64,000 nucleotides of DNA from Deltaproteobacteria bacterium (GCA_032128115.1 JAQBHB010000041.1:64001-128000), one strand, 5' to 3'. Counted from the first letter of the stretch, positions 10,271 through 22,274 are shown. The notes: generated from the sequence alone by a model not told the origin. A program made the numbers and translations.

Positions 10271-11511
10271 GCGCGGCAGCGTCGGCGGCACCTCCCTTCG
10301 ATCCGGAGCGGGTGCGCGCCGAGTTCCCGATCCTGCAGCGGAAGATCCACGGCAACCCCCTGGTGTTCCTGGACAGCGCTGCCAGCGCCCAGAAACCGGC
10401 GCTGGTGATCGACGCCATGTCGCGCTTCTACGCCAACGACTACGCCAACATCCACCGGGGCGTCTACGAACTCTCGGAGCGCGCCACCCAGGCTTTCGAA
10501 GCCGCACGGGAGAGCGCGCGAGCGTTCCTCGACGCGAGCGAGAGCCGCGAGATCGTGTTCGTGCGAGGCACCAGCGAGGCCATCAACCTGGTGGCCCAGA
10601 CCTTCGGCCGCACCCACGTGGGAGCCGGAGACGAGGTGCTCATCACGCACATGGAGCATCACTCGAACATCGTGCCCTGGCAGATGCTGTGCCGCGAGAA
10701 GGGTGCGGTGCTCAGGGTGGCGCCCATCGACGACCGCGGCGCCCTGCGCATGCATGAATTCGAGAAGCTGCTGGGCGACAGGACCCGGATCGTCGCCATC
10801 ACCCACGTCTCGAACGCCCTGGGTAGCGTGAACCCGGTGAGGGAGATCGTGCGCCTGGCCCACGCGCGGGGAATCCCGGTGCTGGTGGACGGCGCCCAGG
10901 CGGTACCGCACCAGCGGGTGAGCGTTCGGGATCTGGACGCGGATTTCTATGCCTTCTCCGGCCACAAGGTCTTCGGGCCGTCCGGTGTGGGGGTCCTGTA
11001 CGGCAAGGCCGACCTGCTGGAGGCGATGCCTCCCTACCAGGGCGGCGGCGACATGATCCTGTCGGTGTCGTTCGAGGAAACCCTCTACAGGGAGATTCCG
11101 CACAAGTTCGAGGCCGGTACCCCGGACATCGCCGGCGTCGTGGGGCTCGGCGCGGCCCTGGACTGGCTGATGAACCTGGACATGGAGGGCCTGGCCCGCC
11201 ACGAGGCGGACCTGCTGGAGTACGCCACCCGGAAGCTCTCGAAGCTGCCGGGACTGCGCTTCATAGGCACCGCCGAGAAGCGCGCCTCGTTGGTCTCGTT
11301 CGTTCTCGACAACGTACACCCCCACGATGTGGGCACGATCCTCGACCGGGAAGGCATCGCAGTCCGCACCGGGCACCACTGCGCCCAGCCGGTGATGGAG
11401 CGTTTCGGCGTCCCCGCCACGGTGCGGGCTTCCTTCTCCCTCTACAACACGCGAGCCGATGTGGACGCCCTGGTTCGGGGATTGGACAAGGTGTGCGAGG
11501 TCTTCGCCTGA
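10267..11511 (+). CDS. sufS: Cysteine desulfurase SufS
   Basis: FLDSAASAQKP, YANIHRG, MEHHSNIVPWQ, FSGHKVFGP (PLP Lys), RTGHHCAQP; GTGA overlap with sufD. Confidence 0.97.
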   Translation: MSAAASAAPPFDPERVRAEFPILQRKIHGNPLVFLDSAASAQKPALVIDAMSRFYANDYANIHRGVYELSERATQAFEAARESARAFLDASESREIVFVRGTSEAINLVAQTFGRTHVGAGDEVLITHMEHHSNIVPWQMLCREKGAVLRVAPIDDRGALRMHEFEKLLGDRTRIVAITHVSNALGSVNPVREIVRLAHARGIPVLVDGAQAVPHQRVSVRDLDADFYAFSGHKVFGPSGVGVLYGKADLLEAMPPYQGGGDMILSVSFEETLYREIPHKFEAGTPDIAGVVGLGAALDWLMNLDMEGLARHEADLLEYATRKLSKLPGLRFIGTAEKRASLVSFVLDNVHPHDVGTILDREGIAVRTGHHCAQPVMERFGVPATVRASFSLYNTRADVDALVRGLDKVCEVFA

Positions 11512-11963
11512 TGTCGGACCTGCGCGAGCTCTACCAGACGGTGATCCTCGATCACAACAAGAACCCCAGGAACTTCCGGACTCCGGAATCGGCCAACCGC
11601 ACGGCCCGGGGCAACAACCCGCTGTGCGGCGACAAGATCACCGTGCACGCCACGGTGGAAGGCGACCGAGTTGCGGATGTCGCATTCGAGGGGTCGGGGT
11701 GTGCGATCTCCACCGCCTCGGCGTCGCTCATGACCCAGGCCGTGAAGGGCCTGTCGCTGGATGAGGCCGAGAAGCTCTTCCGGAGCTTCCACGCCCTGCT
11801 CACCACCGACGTCGTGGCGGCCGATGACGCGGCCGAACTGGGGAAACTCGCGGTGTTTTCGGGAGTGCGCGAATTTCCGATTCGCGTCAAGTGCGCGACC
11901 CTGGCCTGGCACACCCTGCGCGCGGCCCTGGCCGGGGAGAGCGACAGCGTGAGCACCGAGTAG
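11511..11963 (+). CDS. sufU: SUF system NifU-family protein SufU
   Basis: LYQTVILDH, NPLCGD, GCAISTASAS, RVKCATLAWH; TGATG overlap with sufS. Confidence 0.95.
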   Translation: MSDLRELYQTVILDHNKNPRNFRTPESANRTARGNNPLCGDKITVHATVEGDRVADVAFEGSGCAISTASASLMTQAVKGLSLDEAEKLFRSFHALLTTDVVAADDAAELGKLAVFSGVREFPIRVKCATLAWHTLRAALAGESDSVSTE

Positions 11964-11966
11964 GGA

Positions 11967-12005
11967 GCGGAATCGGAAGCGGAATCGGAAGCGGAATCGG
12001 AAGCG
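11967..12005 (+). repeat. Tandem repeat (GCGGAATCGGAA) x3.25
   Basis: Read directly between the sufU stop and the ribosome-binding site of the DUF59 gene. Confidence 0.9.
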
Positions 12006-12020
12006 AACAGGGAGGTTTCC

Positions 12021-12353
12021 ATGGACGAAAACGCCAGCACCAACACACCGGATGCGATCCGCGAGCGCATCGTCGATCAGCTGCGCACGGTCTTCGACCC
12101 GGAGATCCCGGTCAACATCTACGAGCTGGGCCTCATCTACGAGATCGACGTGCAGACGGGCGGCGCCACCCACATCCGCATGACCCTCACGTCGCCCATG
12201 TGTCCGGCGGCGGGGGAGCTGCCGCCGGAGGTGGAGACCAAGGCGCGGGCGGCGGGCGGAGTCACGTCGGTGCAGCTCGACCTGGTGTGGGATCCGCCCT
12301 GGAATCCGGACATGATGTCCGAAGCCGCCAGGCTCGAGCTCGGGATGTCCTAG
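12021..12353 (+). CDS. sufT: DUF59/SufT-like Fe-S assembly protein
   Basis: VFDPEIPVNIYELGLIY, MTLTSPMCP, VWDPPW, MSEAARLELG. Confidence 0.9.
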   Translation: MDENASTNTPDAIRERIVDQLRTVFDPEIPVNIYELGLIYEIDVQTGGATHIRMTLTSPMCPAAGELPPEVETKARAAGGVTSVQLDLVWDPPWNPDMMSEAARLELGMS

Positions 12354-12468
12354 GCTGACCCCCGGGACGCGCTAGAGGCAGAGGTTCCGGAGCAGCACTT
12401 CAGTTGAACGACTTATGCGTGGGGAAGACCATGATGATCACCCCCGCGCCGAACGAAACCAGCGCGCG

Positions 12469-13923
12469 CTAGCGAAGGAGCGAGTCGCCGAGCAGGCCCG
12501 CAGTGGTCAGGACGGCGAAGCCGACTCCGAAAGCGAGGGTCTCGTGCGCCACGCGCGCGTCGATCCGCCGCATGGTGAAGATCGACAGGGCCACGGCCGC
12601 GACGATCCACGCGTTCAGGAAGAAACGCGCGGCGAAGCCCATCGACACGCCCGCCGTTTCCCACTGCACGCCGGCCGTCACCGCCAGCAGTAAGGCGGCC
12701 AGCAGGAATCCCAGGCGCAGCGCCAACGGGATCTTGCGCCAGGTCCGTGCCAACGCCCCAGGCTCGCGTGGCGGCGACTCCTCTCGCTGCGCCTGCTCCA
12801 ACACCTCGCCAGGCGTTTCGGAGTCGGCGCCACCCTCTGCGAAAGGCCCCAGTCGCCGGCGCGCCAGCTCGGCCGTGGCGAGATCCTGGAACTCGTCGTT
12901 GTCGGCCATCACCAGATCCACCATGCCTACGTAGCCGTAGGGCAGGAGCGGGGCCTCCTCGACCACGCGCAGCTGGTGGAAGGCGCGCGCTGGCCAGGCG
13001 TGGTGATCGGCGTGACGGGTGAGGCCGATGAGTCCGTAGTAGGTGGTCCAGGCGTGGGTGTCCCAGGAGTCGGCGTGGCGGACCCGCGGACCCCGGCGGA
13101 CCAACCCCCAGTGCTCGAAGTAGTTGACGGCCTCGAGCAATCTCACCGCGGTGAAGGCCTGGAGCACGAAGGCGAAGAGCGCAGCGCCGCCGAACGCCAG
13201 GAAGACCACCGCGGCCAGCCCCCACTCGACCGCCAGACCGTGCAGCACGCGGTTCCCGAGCGTTCGCCGGTCCCAGAGCTTCATGTCGGGGTCGCCGAGG
13301 CGCTTCGCCTCGAGCCGCCACGCACTGCGAAACTGGCTCGGGACGGTGCGACGAAAGAAGGCCTCGTAGGCCTCGCCGAAGCGAGCACTCGCCGGATCGT
13401 CCGGGGTACCCACACGCACGTGGTGTCCGCGCAGGTGCTCGGTGAAGAAATGCTCGTAGAGGACGCTGCAAAGCAGAAGCCGCCCGAGCCGCTGCTCCCA
13501 GGGCTTGCGACGATGAATGAGCTCGTGGGCGGTGACGATCGAGAAGCCCGAGCTCGAGCCGATCACGAGAAAGACCATCACCATGTCCACGGAGAAGATC
13601 CCCTGGACCGAGAAGAACCGGACCAGCTCGAAGACGACCAGGAACTGGAGGCCGGCGAGGGCGTAGACCAGCAGATCGAACGGCCAGGCGGGAAGCGATT
13701 CGGGGGGCTGCCGGCGCTCGGCTCTCGCTGCACAGTCGAGCTGGTGAACCGCGACCAGGGGCAGCATGAAGAGGGCCGCGATGTACCAGGGATGGGGCCC
13801 CGTCCACAGGAAGGCGAGCGAGAGGCCGGGGAAGAACAGCGAGACCAGGTGGCGGAGCCAGAGGCCCGCCACGGCTCGCGAGTCGCTCTCGATCTCTTCG
13901 GCGGGAGCTGTCGGAGAGGTCAT
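12469..13923 (-). CDS. AlkB-type membrane di-iron monooxygenase with extra C-terminal membrane domain
   Basis: His boxes AHELIHR, EHLRGHH, NYFEHWG and LTRHADHH, plus DPASARFGE, typical of alkane 1-monooxygenases; ~100-aa hydrophobic tail. Confidence 0.8.
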   Translation of the reverse strand: MTSPTAPAEEIESDSRAVAGLWLRHLVSLFFPGLSLAFLWTGPHPWYIAALFMLPLVAVHQLDCAARAERRQPPESLPAWPFDLLVYALAGLQFLVVFELVRFFSVQGIFSVDMVMVFLVIGSSSGFSIVTAHELIHRRKPWEQRLGRLLLCSVLYEHFFTEHLRGHHVRVGTPDDPASARFGEAYEAFFRRTVPSQFRSAWRLEAKRLGDPDMKLWDRRTLGNRVLHGLAVEWGLAAVVFLAFGGAALFAFVLQAFTAVRLLEAVNYFEHWGLVRRGPRVRHADSWDTHAWTTYYGLIGLTRHADHHAWPARAFHQLRVVEEAPLLPYGYVGMVDLVMADNDEFQDLATAELARRRLGPFAEGGADSETPGEVLEQAQREESPPREPGALARTWRKIPLALRLGFLLAALLLAVTAGVQWETAGVSMGFAARFFLNAWIVAAVALSIFTMRRIDARVAHETLAFGVGFAVLTTAGLLGDSLLR

Positions 13924-13930
13924 GACGAGC

Positions 13931-14141
13931 TCAATCTACCCGCAGGATCTTCTCGCGCTGAAAGCGCAACAGCTCGGATACGGCCTCGACAAACCGGGGC
14001 TTGGCACGTGCGCCCGCGCTCGCCGCTCGCGATGACCTCGTCCCGGGACGGCTGCGCCGCACTCGGCCATCCGGCCAGCAGCACCGCCAGGGCTACCCCC
14101 GCGGCTGCTCCGACGCGGCGAATCGACCTCGGGATCGTCAT
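13931..14141 (-). pseudogene. Probable frameshifted or internally deleted exported-protein gene
   Basis: GGGAGG ribosome-binding site and signal peptide (MTIPRSIRR...LLAGWPSAA). After ~codon 44 a shifted frame has typical GC3 codons (RAKPRFVEAVSELLRFQREKILRVD*) and stops 7 nt before the alkB-like ATG. Confidence 0.45.
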
Positions 14142-14301
14142 ATCGCCTCCCAGCAGGGGGTATAGCGAATCCCTTCGACCGGATTCGAGGCCACCCCGCT
14201 GCTGTGGGTGGGCTCTCTCGTATCAGGGTTGCTGCAGATCTCTTGCCGATCGAATCGCTCTCGTCGTAGAATCGCCGGAGTCACTGCATCCGCGAGATCT
14301 C

Positions 14302-15129
14302 GTGTTCCGCGTTGGCGTCGGCCTCCTGGTTGCATCCCTCGGAATCCACATGGTTGCCTGGAACTGGCTCGCGGGGAAGGTGATCTTCCAGCCCACGTCC
14401 GGCATCGACCTCCGCCCCGAGATGCTGGGAATCGACGGCGACGAGGTGTTCCTCACCAGTGAGGACGGCACCCGGCTCCACGGGTTCTTCGTGGCATCTC
14501 CCGCCGCCACCCGCGCCATCCTGTTCCTGCACGGCAACGCCGGCAACGCCTCCCACCGGCTTCCCAATGCGGCGGAGCTTGCGAAGCTGGGCGCGGCCGT
14601 GCTGGTGCCGGACTACCGGGGTTACGGAATGAGCGAGGGCACGCCCAGCGAAGCCGGCTGCTACGCCGACGCCAGGGCCGCATTGGAGGATCTCGTTGGA
14701 CGCGGCTTCCCGGAGAACCGCATCGTGCTGTTCGGCCGATCCCTGGGCGCCGCCGTCGCCGTCGACCTGGCCCAGGACCGGGAGATCGCCGGAGTCATCC
14801 TGGAGAGCACCTTCACGTCGGCGGCGGACGTGGCGCGGCGGGCCTTCGGAGCCCCCATGGCGCTTCTGCTGCGCGGCGTGCTGGCGTCGGACTCGAAGAT
14901 CGAACGGGTGCGCGCGCCGCTGTTGTTCTTTCACGGCGATCGCGATCGCGTGATCGACTTCGAGCTCGGACGGGCACTGTTCGACAGCGCCCCCGAACCC
15001 AAGAGCTTCGAGACAATCGCCGGCGCGGGACACAATGACACCACCCACGTGGGCGGACACGCCTACTTCGAACGGATCCGGCGCTTCCTGGACCAGGTGG
15101 CGCCGGAGATTCCGGAGGCCACTCCATGA
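14302..15129 (+). CDS. Alpha/beta hydrolase (ABHD13/BEM46-like)
   Basis: LFLHGNAGN, DYRGYGMSEG, FGRSLG nucleophile elbow, ESTFTS, HGDRD, AGHND. Start uncertain (14302 GTG or 14350 ATG). Confidence 0.85.
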   Translation: MFRVGVGLLVASLGIHMVAWNWLAGKVIFQPTSGIDLRPEMLGIDGDEVFLTSEDGTRLHGFFVASPAATRAILFLHGNAGNASHRLPNAAELAKLGAAVLVPDYRGYGMSEGTPSEAGCYADARAALEDLVGRGFPENRIVLFGRSLGAAVAVDLAQDREIAGVILESTFTSAADVARRAFGAPMALLLRGVLASDSKIERVRAPLLFFHGDRDRVIDFELGRALFDSAPEPKSFETIAGAGHNDTTHVGGHAYFERIRRFLDQVAPEIPEATP

Positions 15130-16139
15130 CGCGACTCCCCGCCGAGGACGGCTTTTCCATGCCGGCCGAATGGGAGCCGCACCGGCGTTGCTGGATGGTC
15201 TGGCCGTGCCAGCCCGATACCTTCTCCGATCTGGAGGCGGCGCGGGGCGACTACGTGGGGGTGGCGCAGGCGATTGCACGCTTCGAACCCACCGCCATGG
15301 TCGCTACCCCCGACGACACGGACGATGCGCGCCGCCGCTGTGGTGACGGTATCGACGTCGTCACCCTCTACACCGAGGACTCCTGGGTGCGCGACACCGG
15401 CCCCACCTTCCTGGTGGACGGACGCGGGAATCTGGCCGGCATCGACTGGCCCTTCAACGGCTATGGAGAACTCTACGCCGAATACCAGGAGGACGCGGCG
15501 CTGGCCGCGCGCATGCTTGCGCACGAGAAGCTGCGCCGTTTCGAGGGCCCGATCCACCTGGAAGGAGGCGCCATCCACACGGACGGGCAGGGGACGCTGC
15601 TCACCACGGAGAGCGTGGTGTTGAACCCGAACCGAAACCCGGGCCTCACACGCAAAGAGGCCGACGAGATCTTCCGGGCCTTCCTGGGCATTTCGAAGGT
15701 GATCTGGCTGGAGGCGGCCCTGGAGTTCGACGACACCGGCGGCCACATCGACAACCTGGCCTGCTTCGTGCGACCCGGCGTGGTGGCCGCACTCAGCGAG
15801 GTGGACCCGGAGGATTCCCAGTACGAAGGACTTCGGAACAACCTGCAGCATCTTCGCGCGGCCACGGACGCCTCGGGGCGTCCTCTCGAGATCCTGGAAA
15901 TCCAGCAGCCCCCGCGCCAGGACTTCGACGGCCACCGGCTGGCCCTGTCGTACATCAACCACTACATCGCCAACGGCGGCGTGGTCTACCCGGCCTACGG
16001 GGTGCCGGCGGACGAGGAGGCCCGGGAGGCGCTCCAGAAGGCCTATCCGGATCGCGAGATCGTGGCGGCCCCCTCCCAGGAGGTCATCAAGGGAGGCGGA
16101 TCGGTACACTGCATCACACAGCAGGAGCCGCTGCCGTAG
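15126..16139 (+). CDS. aguA: Agmatine deiminase
   Basis: MPAEWEPH, DSWVRDTGP, LEGGAIHTDG, DTGGHIDN, GGGSVHCITQQEP. Confidence 0.93.
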   Translation: MTRLPAEDGFSMPAEWEPHRRCWMVWPCQPDTFSDLEAARGDYVGVAQAIARFEPTAMVATPDDTDDARRRCGDGIDVVTLYTEDSWVRDTGPTFLVDGRGNLAGIDWPFNGYGELYAEYQEDAALAARMLAHEKLRRFEGPIHLEGGAIHTDGQGTLLTTESVVLNPNRNPGLTRKEADEIFRAFLGISKVIWLEAALEFDDTGGHIDNLACFVRPGVVAALSEVDPEDSQYEGLRNNLQHLRAATDASGRPLEILEIQQPPRQDFDGHRLALSYINHYIANGGVVYPAYGVPADEEAREALQKAYPDREIVAAPSQEVIKGGGSVHCITQQEPLP

Positions 16140-16179
16140 TGACGGGCAGGGCACTCGCGGACCGCGGAGAGGGGCGAGC

Positions 16180-17052
16180 ATGAGAAAGGTCACCGTTGCG
16201 GCAACCCAGATGGCGTGCAGCTGGGATACGGACGCCAACGTCGAGCGCGCCATGGACCTGGTGCGCGAGGCGGCGGGCCGGGGCGCGAACATCATCTTGA
16301 TCCAGGAACTCTTCGAGACCCCGTACTTTCCGGCCGAAGAGAAGCCCGAGCATTTCTCGCTGGCGCGCCCCGTGGAGAACCACCCCACTCTCGCGAAGAT
16401 GGCCGAGTTGGCGCGAGAGCTCGAAGTGGTTCTGCCCGTGAGTTTCTTCGAGCGCGCGGGAAACGCCTACTTCAATGCGGTGGCCATCGTGGATGCGGAC
16501 GGCTCGACCCTGGGCGTCTATCGCAAGAGTCACATCCCGGACGGCCCGGGCTACGAGGAAAAATACTACTTCACCCCGGGAAACACGGGCTTCAAGGTCT
16601 GGAATACCCGCTACGCCAGAATTGGAGTTGCCGTCTGCTGGGACCAGTGGTTCCCCGAGTGCGCGCGGGCCATGGCCCTGCAGGATGCGGAGATCTTCTT
16701 CTACCCCACCGCCATCGGCGACGAGCCGTTCGACGATTTCGACTCCAAGGCCGCGTGGCAGCATGTCATGCAGGGACACGCGGCGGCCAACGTGGTGCCG
16801 GTGATCGCCTCCAACCGGATCGGCGCCGAGAAGTCGAACTCCCACACGCTCACGTTCTACGGATCATCGTTCATCGCGGACGGATCCGGGAATCTGGTGG
16901 AGGAGGCGGGCCGCGAGGAGCAGGCGGTGCTCACCCATACCTTCGATCTGGATGCGCTGCGGGAGAACCGGTCCTCCTCGGGATTCTTCCGGGACCGTCG
17001 GACCGACCTGTACCGCTCGCTCCTGACGATGGATGGCCAGACACCTCGCTAG
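16180..17052 (+). CDS. aguB: N-carbamoylputrescine amidohydrolase
   Basis: IQELFETPYF, YRKSHIPDGPGYEEKYYF, CWDQWFPE, YPTAIG, FFRDRR; adjacent to aguA. Confidence 0.95.
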   Translation: MRKVTVAATQMACSWDTDANVERAMDLVREAAGRGANIILIQELFETPYFPAEEKPEHFSLARPVENHPTLAKMAELARELEVVLPVSFFERAGNAYFNAVAIVDADGSTLGVYRKSHIPDGPGYEEKYYFTPGNTGFKVWNTRYARIGVAVCWDQWFPECARAMALQDAEIFFYPTAIGDEPFDDFDSKAAWQHVMQGHAAANVVPVIASNRIGAEKSNSHTLTFYGSSFIADGSGNLVEEAGREEQAVLTHTFDLDALRENRSSSGFFRDRRTDLYRSLLTMDGQTPR

Positions 17053-17073
17053 TTCACTGAACCCGCGCCAGTT

Positions 17074-17111
17074 CACAGGGCTGCGCTCACCCCACAGGGC
17101 TGCGCTCACCC
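17074..17111 (+). repeat. Perfect 19-bp tandem duplication CACAGGGCTGCGCTCACCC
   Basis: Units at 17074-17092 and 17093-17111; the second contains the yqeC stop codon. Confidence 0.9.
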
Positions 17112-17879
17112 GCGTGTGCACCACTCCCAGAAGCCCCGATCCGGGTCGGCGGGCCGCAGGGCCCCGATGACCACGCGCTCCACCCGGGGTTCGCGAAGAA
17201 CGAGACGCGCCACTTCGTGCGCGGTCTCCCGCTGGGATTCGGACTCCACCTTGTTGAGAAGCAACGCCACGCGTGCATTCGGGGGGGCGCTCTTGAGACC
17301 GCCCCGGGGCGAGGTGAGGAGAACGGCCAGCGCCTCGGGGGTGAGGGTGCGATCCGCTCCGAGACCGGTGATGGACGCCACGCGCTCGGGCCGGTGGGCT
17401 ACCTGGTCGATGGGTGCCGACAGGGCGTCGATGCCCGCCACCAGCACCACCAGGCTCGCCTCCGCGGGAATCACCGGCTCGTGGTCGCCCGGGGCCTTCA
17501 CGGGCCGCATGCGCGAGCCGTCGGACTCCACCAGCACCCAGGCGACCCGCGGGTGAGACAGCCACTGTGCCGGAAGCTCCCGCGAAACCCCCACGGCGCG
17601 CTCGCCCTCCACGTGGCCCACCACCAGAAGCTGGGATTCCAGTTCGTCCAGGCGATTGCGCCATCCCGGCTCGTCCAGGCTGCAGGCCGCGTCCGCCAGC
17701 TCCATCTGTGTGGCGAAGATGCGCGTGGTGGTAGTGACCACCACTCCGCCGCCGAGTTCCCGAGCCAGCGCGAACAGGAGACTCGTCTTGCCTCCGCCGC
17801 CCACGATGGCCACCAGCTGCTGTGGGCGATCGAGTCCCAACGCAGCGCAGACGCGGTCGGCCCTCGAGACTTCGAGCAC
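17106..17879 (-). CDS. yqeC: YqeC-family selenium-cofactor/molybdoenzyme accessory protein
   Basis: IVGGGGKTSL, VVVTTTTRI, VLVESDGSRMRPVKAP.HEPVIP, HRPE, LLNKVE. Confidence 0.85.
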   Translation of the reverse strand: MLEVSRADRVCAALGLDRPQQLVAIVGGGGKTSLLFALARELGGGVVVTTTTRIFATQMELADAACSLDEPGWRNRLDELESQLLVVGHVEGERAVGVSRELPAQWLSHPRVAWVLVESDGSRMRPVKAPGDHEPVIPAEASLVVLVAGIDALSAPIDQVAHRPERVASITGLGADRTLTPEALAVLLTSPRGGLKSAPPNARVALLLNKVESESQRETAHEVARLVLREPRVERVVIGALRPADPDRGFWEWCTRG

Positions 17880-17892
17880 GAGAGGTTCGCGC

Positions 17893-20675
17893 TCAGAGAT
17901 CGGCGGGCTCGACCTTCACGGCGCAGAATTTGAACTCGGGGATCTTGCCGTCCGGGTCGAGCGCGTCGGTGGTGAGAACGTTGGCGGCCGCCTCGCGGTA
18001 GTGGAACGGAATGAATACGGAGCCCGGCTGCGTGTCGCGGCTCGTGCGCACCGGCAATGTCACATGGCCCCGGCGCGACGCCACCGTCACGAAGGCGCCG
18101 TCATTCACGCGCAACTTCTCACAATCATCCGGGTGCACCTCTACGAACGACTCGGGCTGGATCGACGACAGGGCCTTCGAACGGCGGGTCATCACGCCCG
18201 TGTGCCAGTGCTCGAGCACCCGGCCGGTTACCAGGATGAAGGGGTACTCGCCGTCCGGAAGCTCGTCGGCGCCGGTGTGCTCCGCCGCCACGAAGCGGGC
18301 GCGGCCGTCCGCTGTGGGAAAGCCGTCACCAAACATCACCACGGTCCCATCGGACTCCTCCGGGTTGGGGCAGGGATAGAGCTTTCCGGTGGATCCCAGG
18401 TTCTCGTAGGTGAGGCCCGCGTGCGAATCCGTGAGCGAGACCATCTCGTCGAAGATCTCACTGGCCGAGGCGTACTCCATGGGGTAGCCCATGCGGGTTC
18501 CAATCTCGCAGATGATCTTCCAATCGAGGCGGGCTTCGCCGGGAGGCGCGAGCGCCGGGCGACCCACCTGAACGCGCCGGTCGGTGTTGGTGAACGTGCC
18601 GGTTTTTTCCAGGGCGGTGGTGGCCGGCAGTACCACGTCGGCGAACTCCGCCGTCTCGGTGAGGAAGATGTCCTGCACCACCAGGAATTCCAGGTTCGTG
18701 AGTCCCTTGCGCACCTCGTTCACATTGGGCTCGGAGAGGAACGGGTTCTCGCCCAGCATGTACATGCCCTTGATGATCCCGTCGCGCGCCCCCTCCAGGA
18801 TCTCTACGGACGTGAGGCCGCTGCGCTCGTCCAGGCACGCGCCCCAGGCGGCTTCGAATCGCGTGCGAGCGGTGTCGGACGTAACCGGCTGGTATCCCGG
18901 GTAGCTCATGGGAATGAGTCCCGCGTCCGAGGCCCCCTGCACGTTGTTCTGGCCGCGCAGCGGGTGCAGGCCCGTCCCCGGACGGCCGATGTTGCCGGTC
19001 ATCAGCGCCAGCGAGATGATGCAGCGGCAGTTGTCGGTGCCGTGCACGTGTTGACTCATGCCCATTCCCCAGAACGTAAGGGCCGCGTGCGCGCTTCCGT
19101 AGGCGATGGACACCTCCCGAAGGGTCTCCACGGAAATTCCACAGATCCCGGACACACGATCCGGCGTGTAACTCGCGACGGTGCGCTGCACCTCTTCGAA
19201 GCCGGTGGTGTGCAGGGCGATGTAGGCCTCGTCGGCGAGGCCCTCTGCAAGGATGATGTTCATCATCCCGTTGTAGAAGGCCACGTCCGTGCCCGACCGG
19301 ATCTGACAGAAGCGCCAGGCATGGTTCGAGATTCCGCTGCGCCGGGGGTCCACCACGATCAACTTCGTGCCCTTGCGAGCCGCCTCCTTGAAGAAGGTGG
19401 CGGCCACGGGGTGGTTCGAGGTCGTGTTGGTGCCGGTGATGAGCGCCACGTCGGCGTTCTGGATGTCGCCGTAGGTCGTCGTCACGGCGCCCGATCCGAT
19501 CATCTGCAACAGAGCCGCTACCGATGAGGCATGACACAAGCGAGTGCAGTGATCCACGTTGTTGGTGCCGAAGACCGCCCGGATCAGCTTCTGGAACAGA
19601 TAGGCCTCTTCGTTGCTGCACTTGGCCGAGCCGAATCCGGCCAGGGACCCGGGCCCGGATCGTTCGCGGATCTCGAGCAGACGCCGAGCCACCAGGTCGA
19701 GAGCCTCATCCCAGCTGGCCTCCCGGAAGGCGGGCATCACCTGGTCGTAATCGACGATCCCGCCGGGCTTGCGCTTGCGGCGCGTCGAACTCTGCACTTC
19801 CGGCGAGAGCGCCCGCTTCGGATAGTCCACCCGGATCAAGGGGCGGGTCAATCGGTGGGGGTGAGAGGCGAAGTCGAATCCGTAGCGCCCCTTCACGCAC
19901 AGGCGTCCCTGATTGCCCGGGCTCTCGCGTCCGTCGACGAAGGCCACGCGGTTGCTCTTGCGGTCCACGTGGTAGGTGAGCGCACACCCGACTCCGCAGT
20001 AGGGACATACGGTGTCCACCGCCTCCAGCCGCTCGCGGGCCTGGATGGGCGCCGAGAGCGGCCGATTGGTGAGCGCGCCCGTGGGGCACGCGGCCACGCA
20101 TTCGCCGCAGCTCACGCAGCTGGATTCGCCCATGCCCTGATCGAGGTCGAAGGAGATGCGGGCCGTGTAGCCCTTGCCCGTGCGTCCGATCACATCGTTG
20201 TGCTGCACGTCGTCGCAGGCGCGGATGCAGCGGTCGCATAGGATGCAGGCCTGGTGATCGACGGCGATCACCGGAGAAGATGCGTCCTTTGGGCGGGGGT
20301 TTCCTCCGGGAAACCGGGCCTTCACGTCGTAGCGCCTGGCCAGGGCGAACAGATCGTCGTCGCCAGTGGTCTCCTCCTTGGGCGACACCCCCGGTTGCTC
20401 GGACATGAGGAGTTCGGTGAGCACCCGGCGGCAGCGCTCCACCTTCTCGCTGGCGGTGTGAACCAGCATGCCCGGATCGGCCATACGCACGCACGACGCC
20501 GCCATGACGCGGGCGCCCTCCACCTCGACCACGCACATGCGACACACCCCCACCGGCTCGAGCCCGGGGTCGTGGCACAGGGTGGGAATTTCGATCCCGG
20601 CCTGGCGCGCGGCGTCCCAGATCGTGGTGCCAGGAGCGACCTCGACCTCCCGCCCGTCGATGCTGAGGCGGACGC

Positions 20676-20679
<4 letters not shown>
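17893..20679 (-). CDS. fdhA: Formate dehydrogenase alpha subunit (Mo/W-bis-MGD, Cys ligand)
   Basis: N-terminal 2Fe-2S domain (IPTLCH...CRMC...SC), two 4Fe-4S motifs (CILCDRC, CVSCGECVAACP), CPYCGVGC, DHCTRLCH, LRGQNNVQG, KIPEFK. Confidence 0.95.
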
Positions 20680-22244
<1,565 letters not shown>

Positions 22245-22268
22245 GCGGCCTGGGGCTCCCGGGCCCGG

Positions 22269-22274
22269 ATTATA
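22269..22274 (-). promoter_or_regulatory. Perfect -10 TATAAT between mobA and the FDH beta gene (possible internal promoter)
   Basis: Consensus hexamer in a 35-bp GC-rich gap; no clear -35. Confidence 0.4.

Noticed and set aside
11442..12173. ORF with an RFRFRFRF tract
   Set aside because: Translation of the 12-bp intergenic repeat, antisense to sufU/sufT.
12400..12468. Hydrophobic in-frame continuation after the alkB-like TAG (RALVSFGAGVIIMVFP)
   Set aside because: Too short to distinguish a premature stop from chance.
19520..19560. Selenocysteine in FdhA, prompted by the neighbouring yqeC
   Set aside because: The ligand codon is TGC (Cys) and the ORF has no in-frame TGA.
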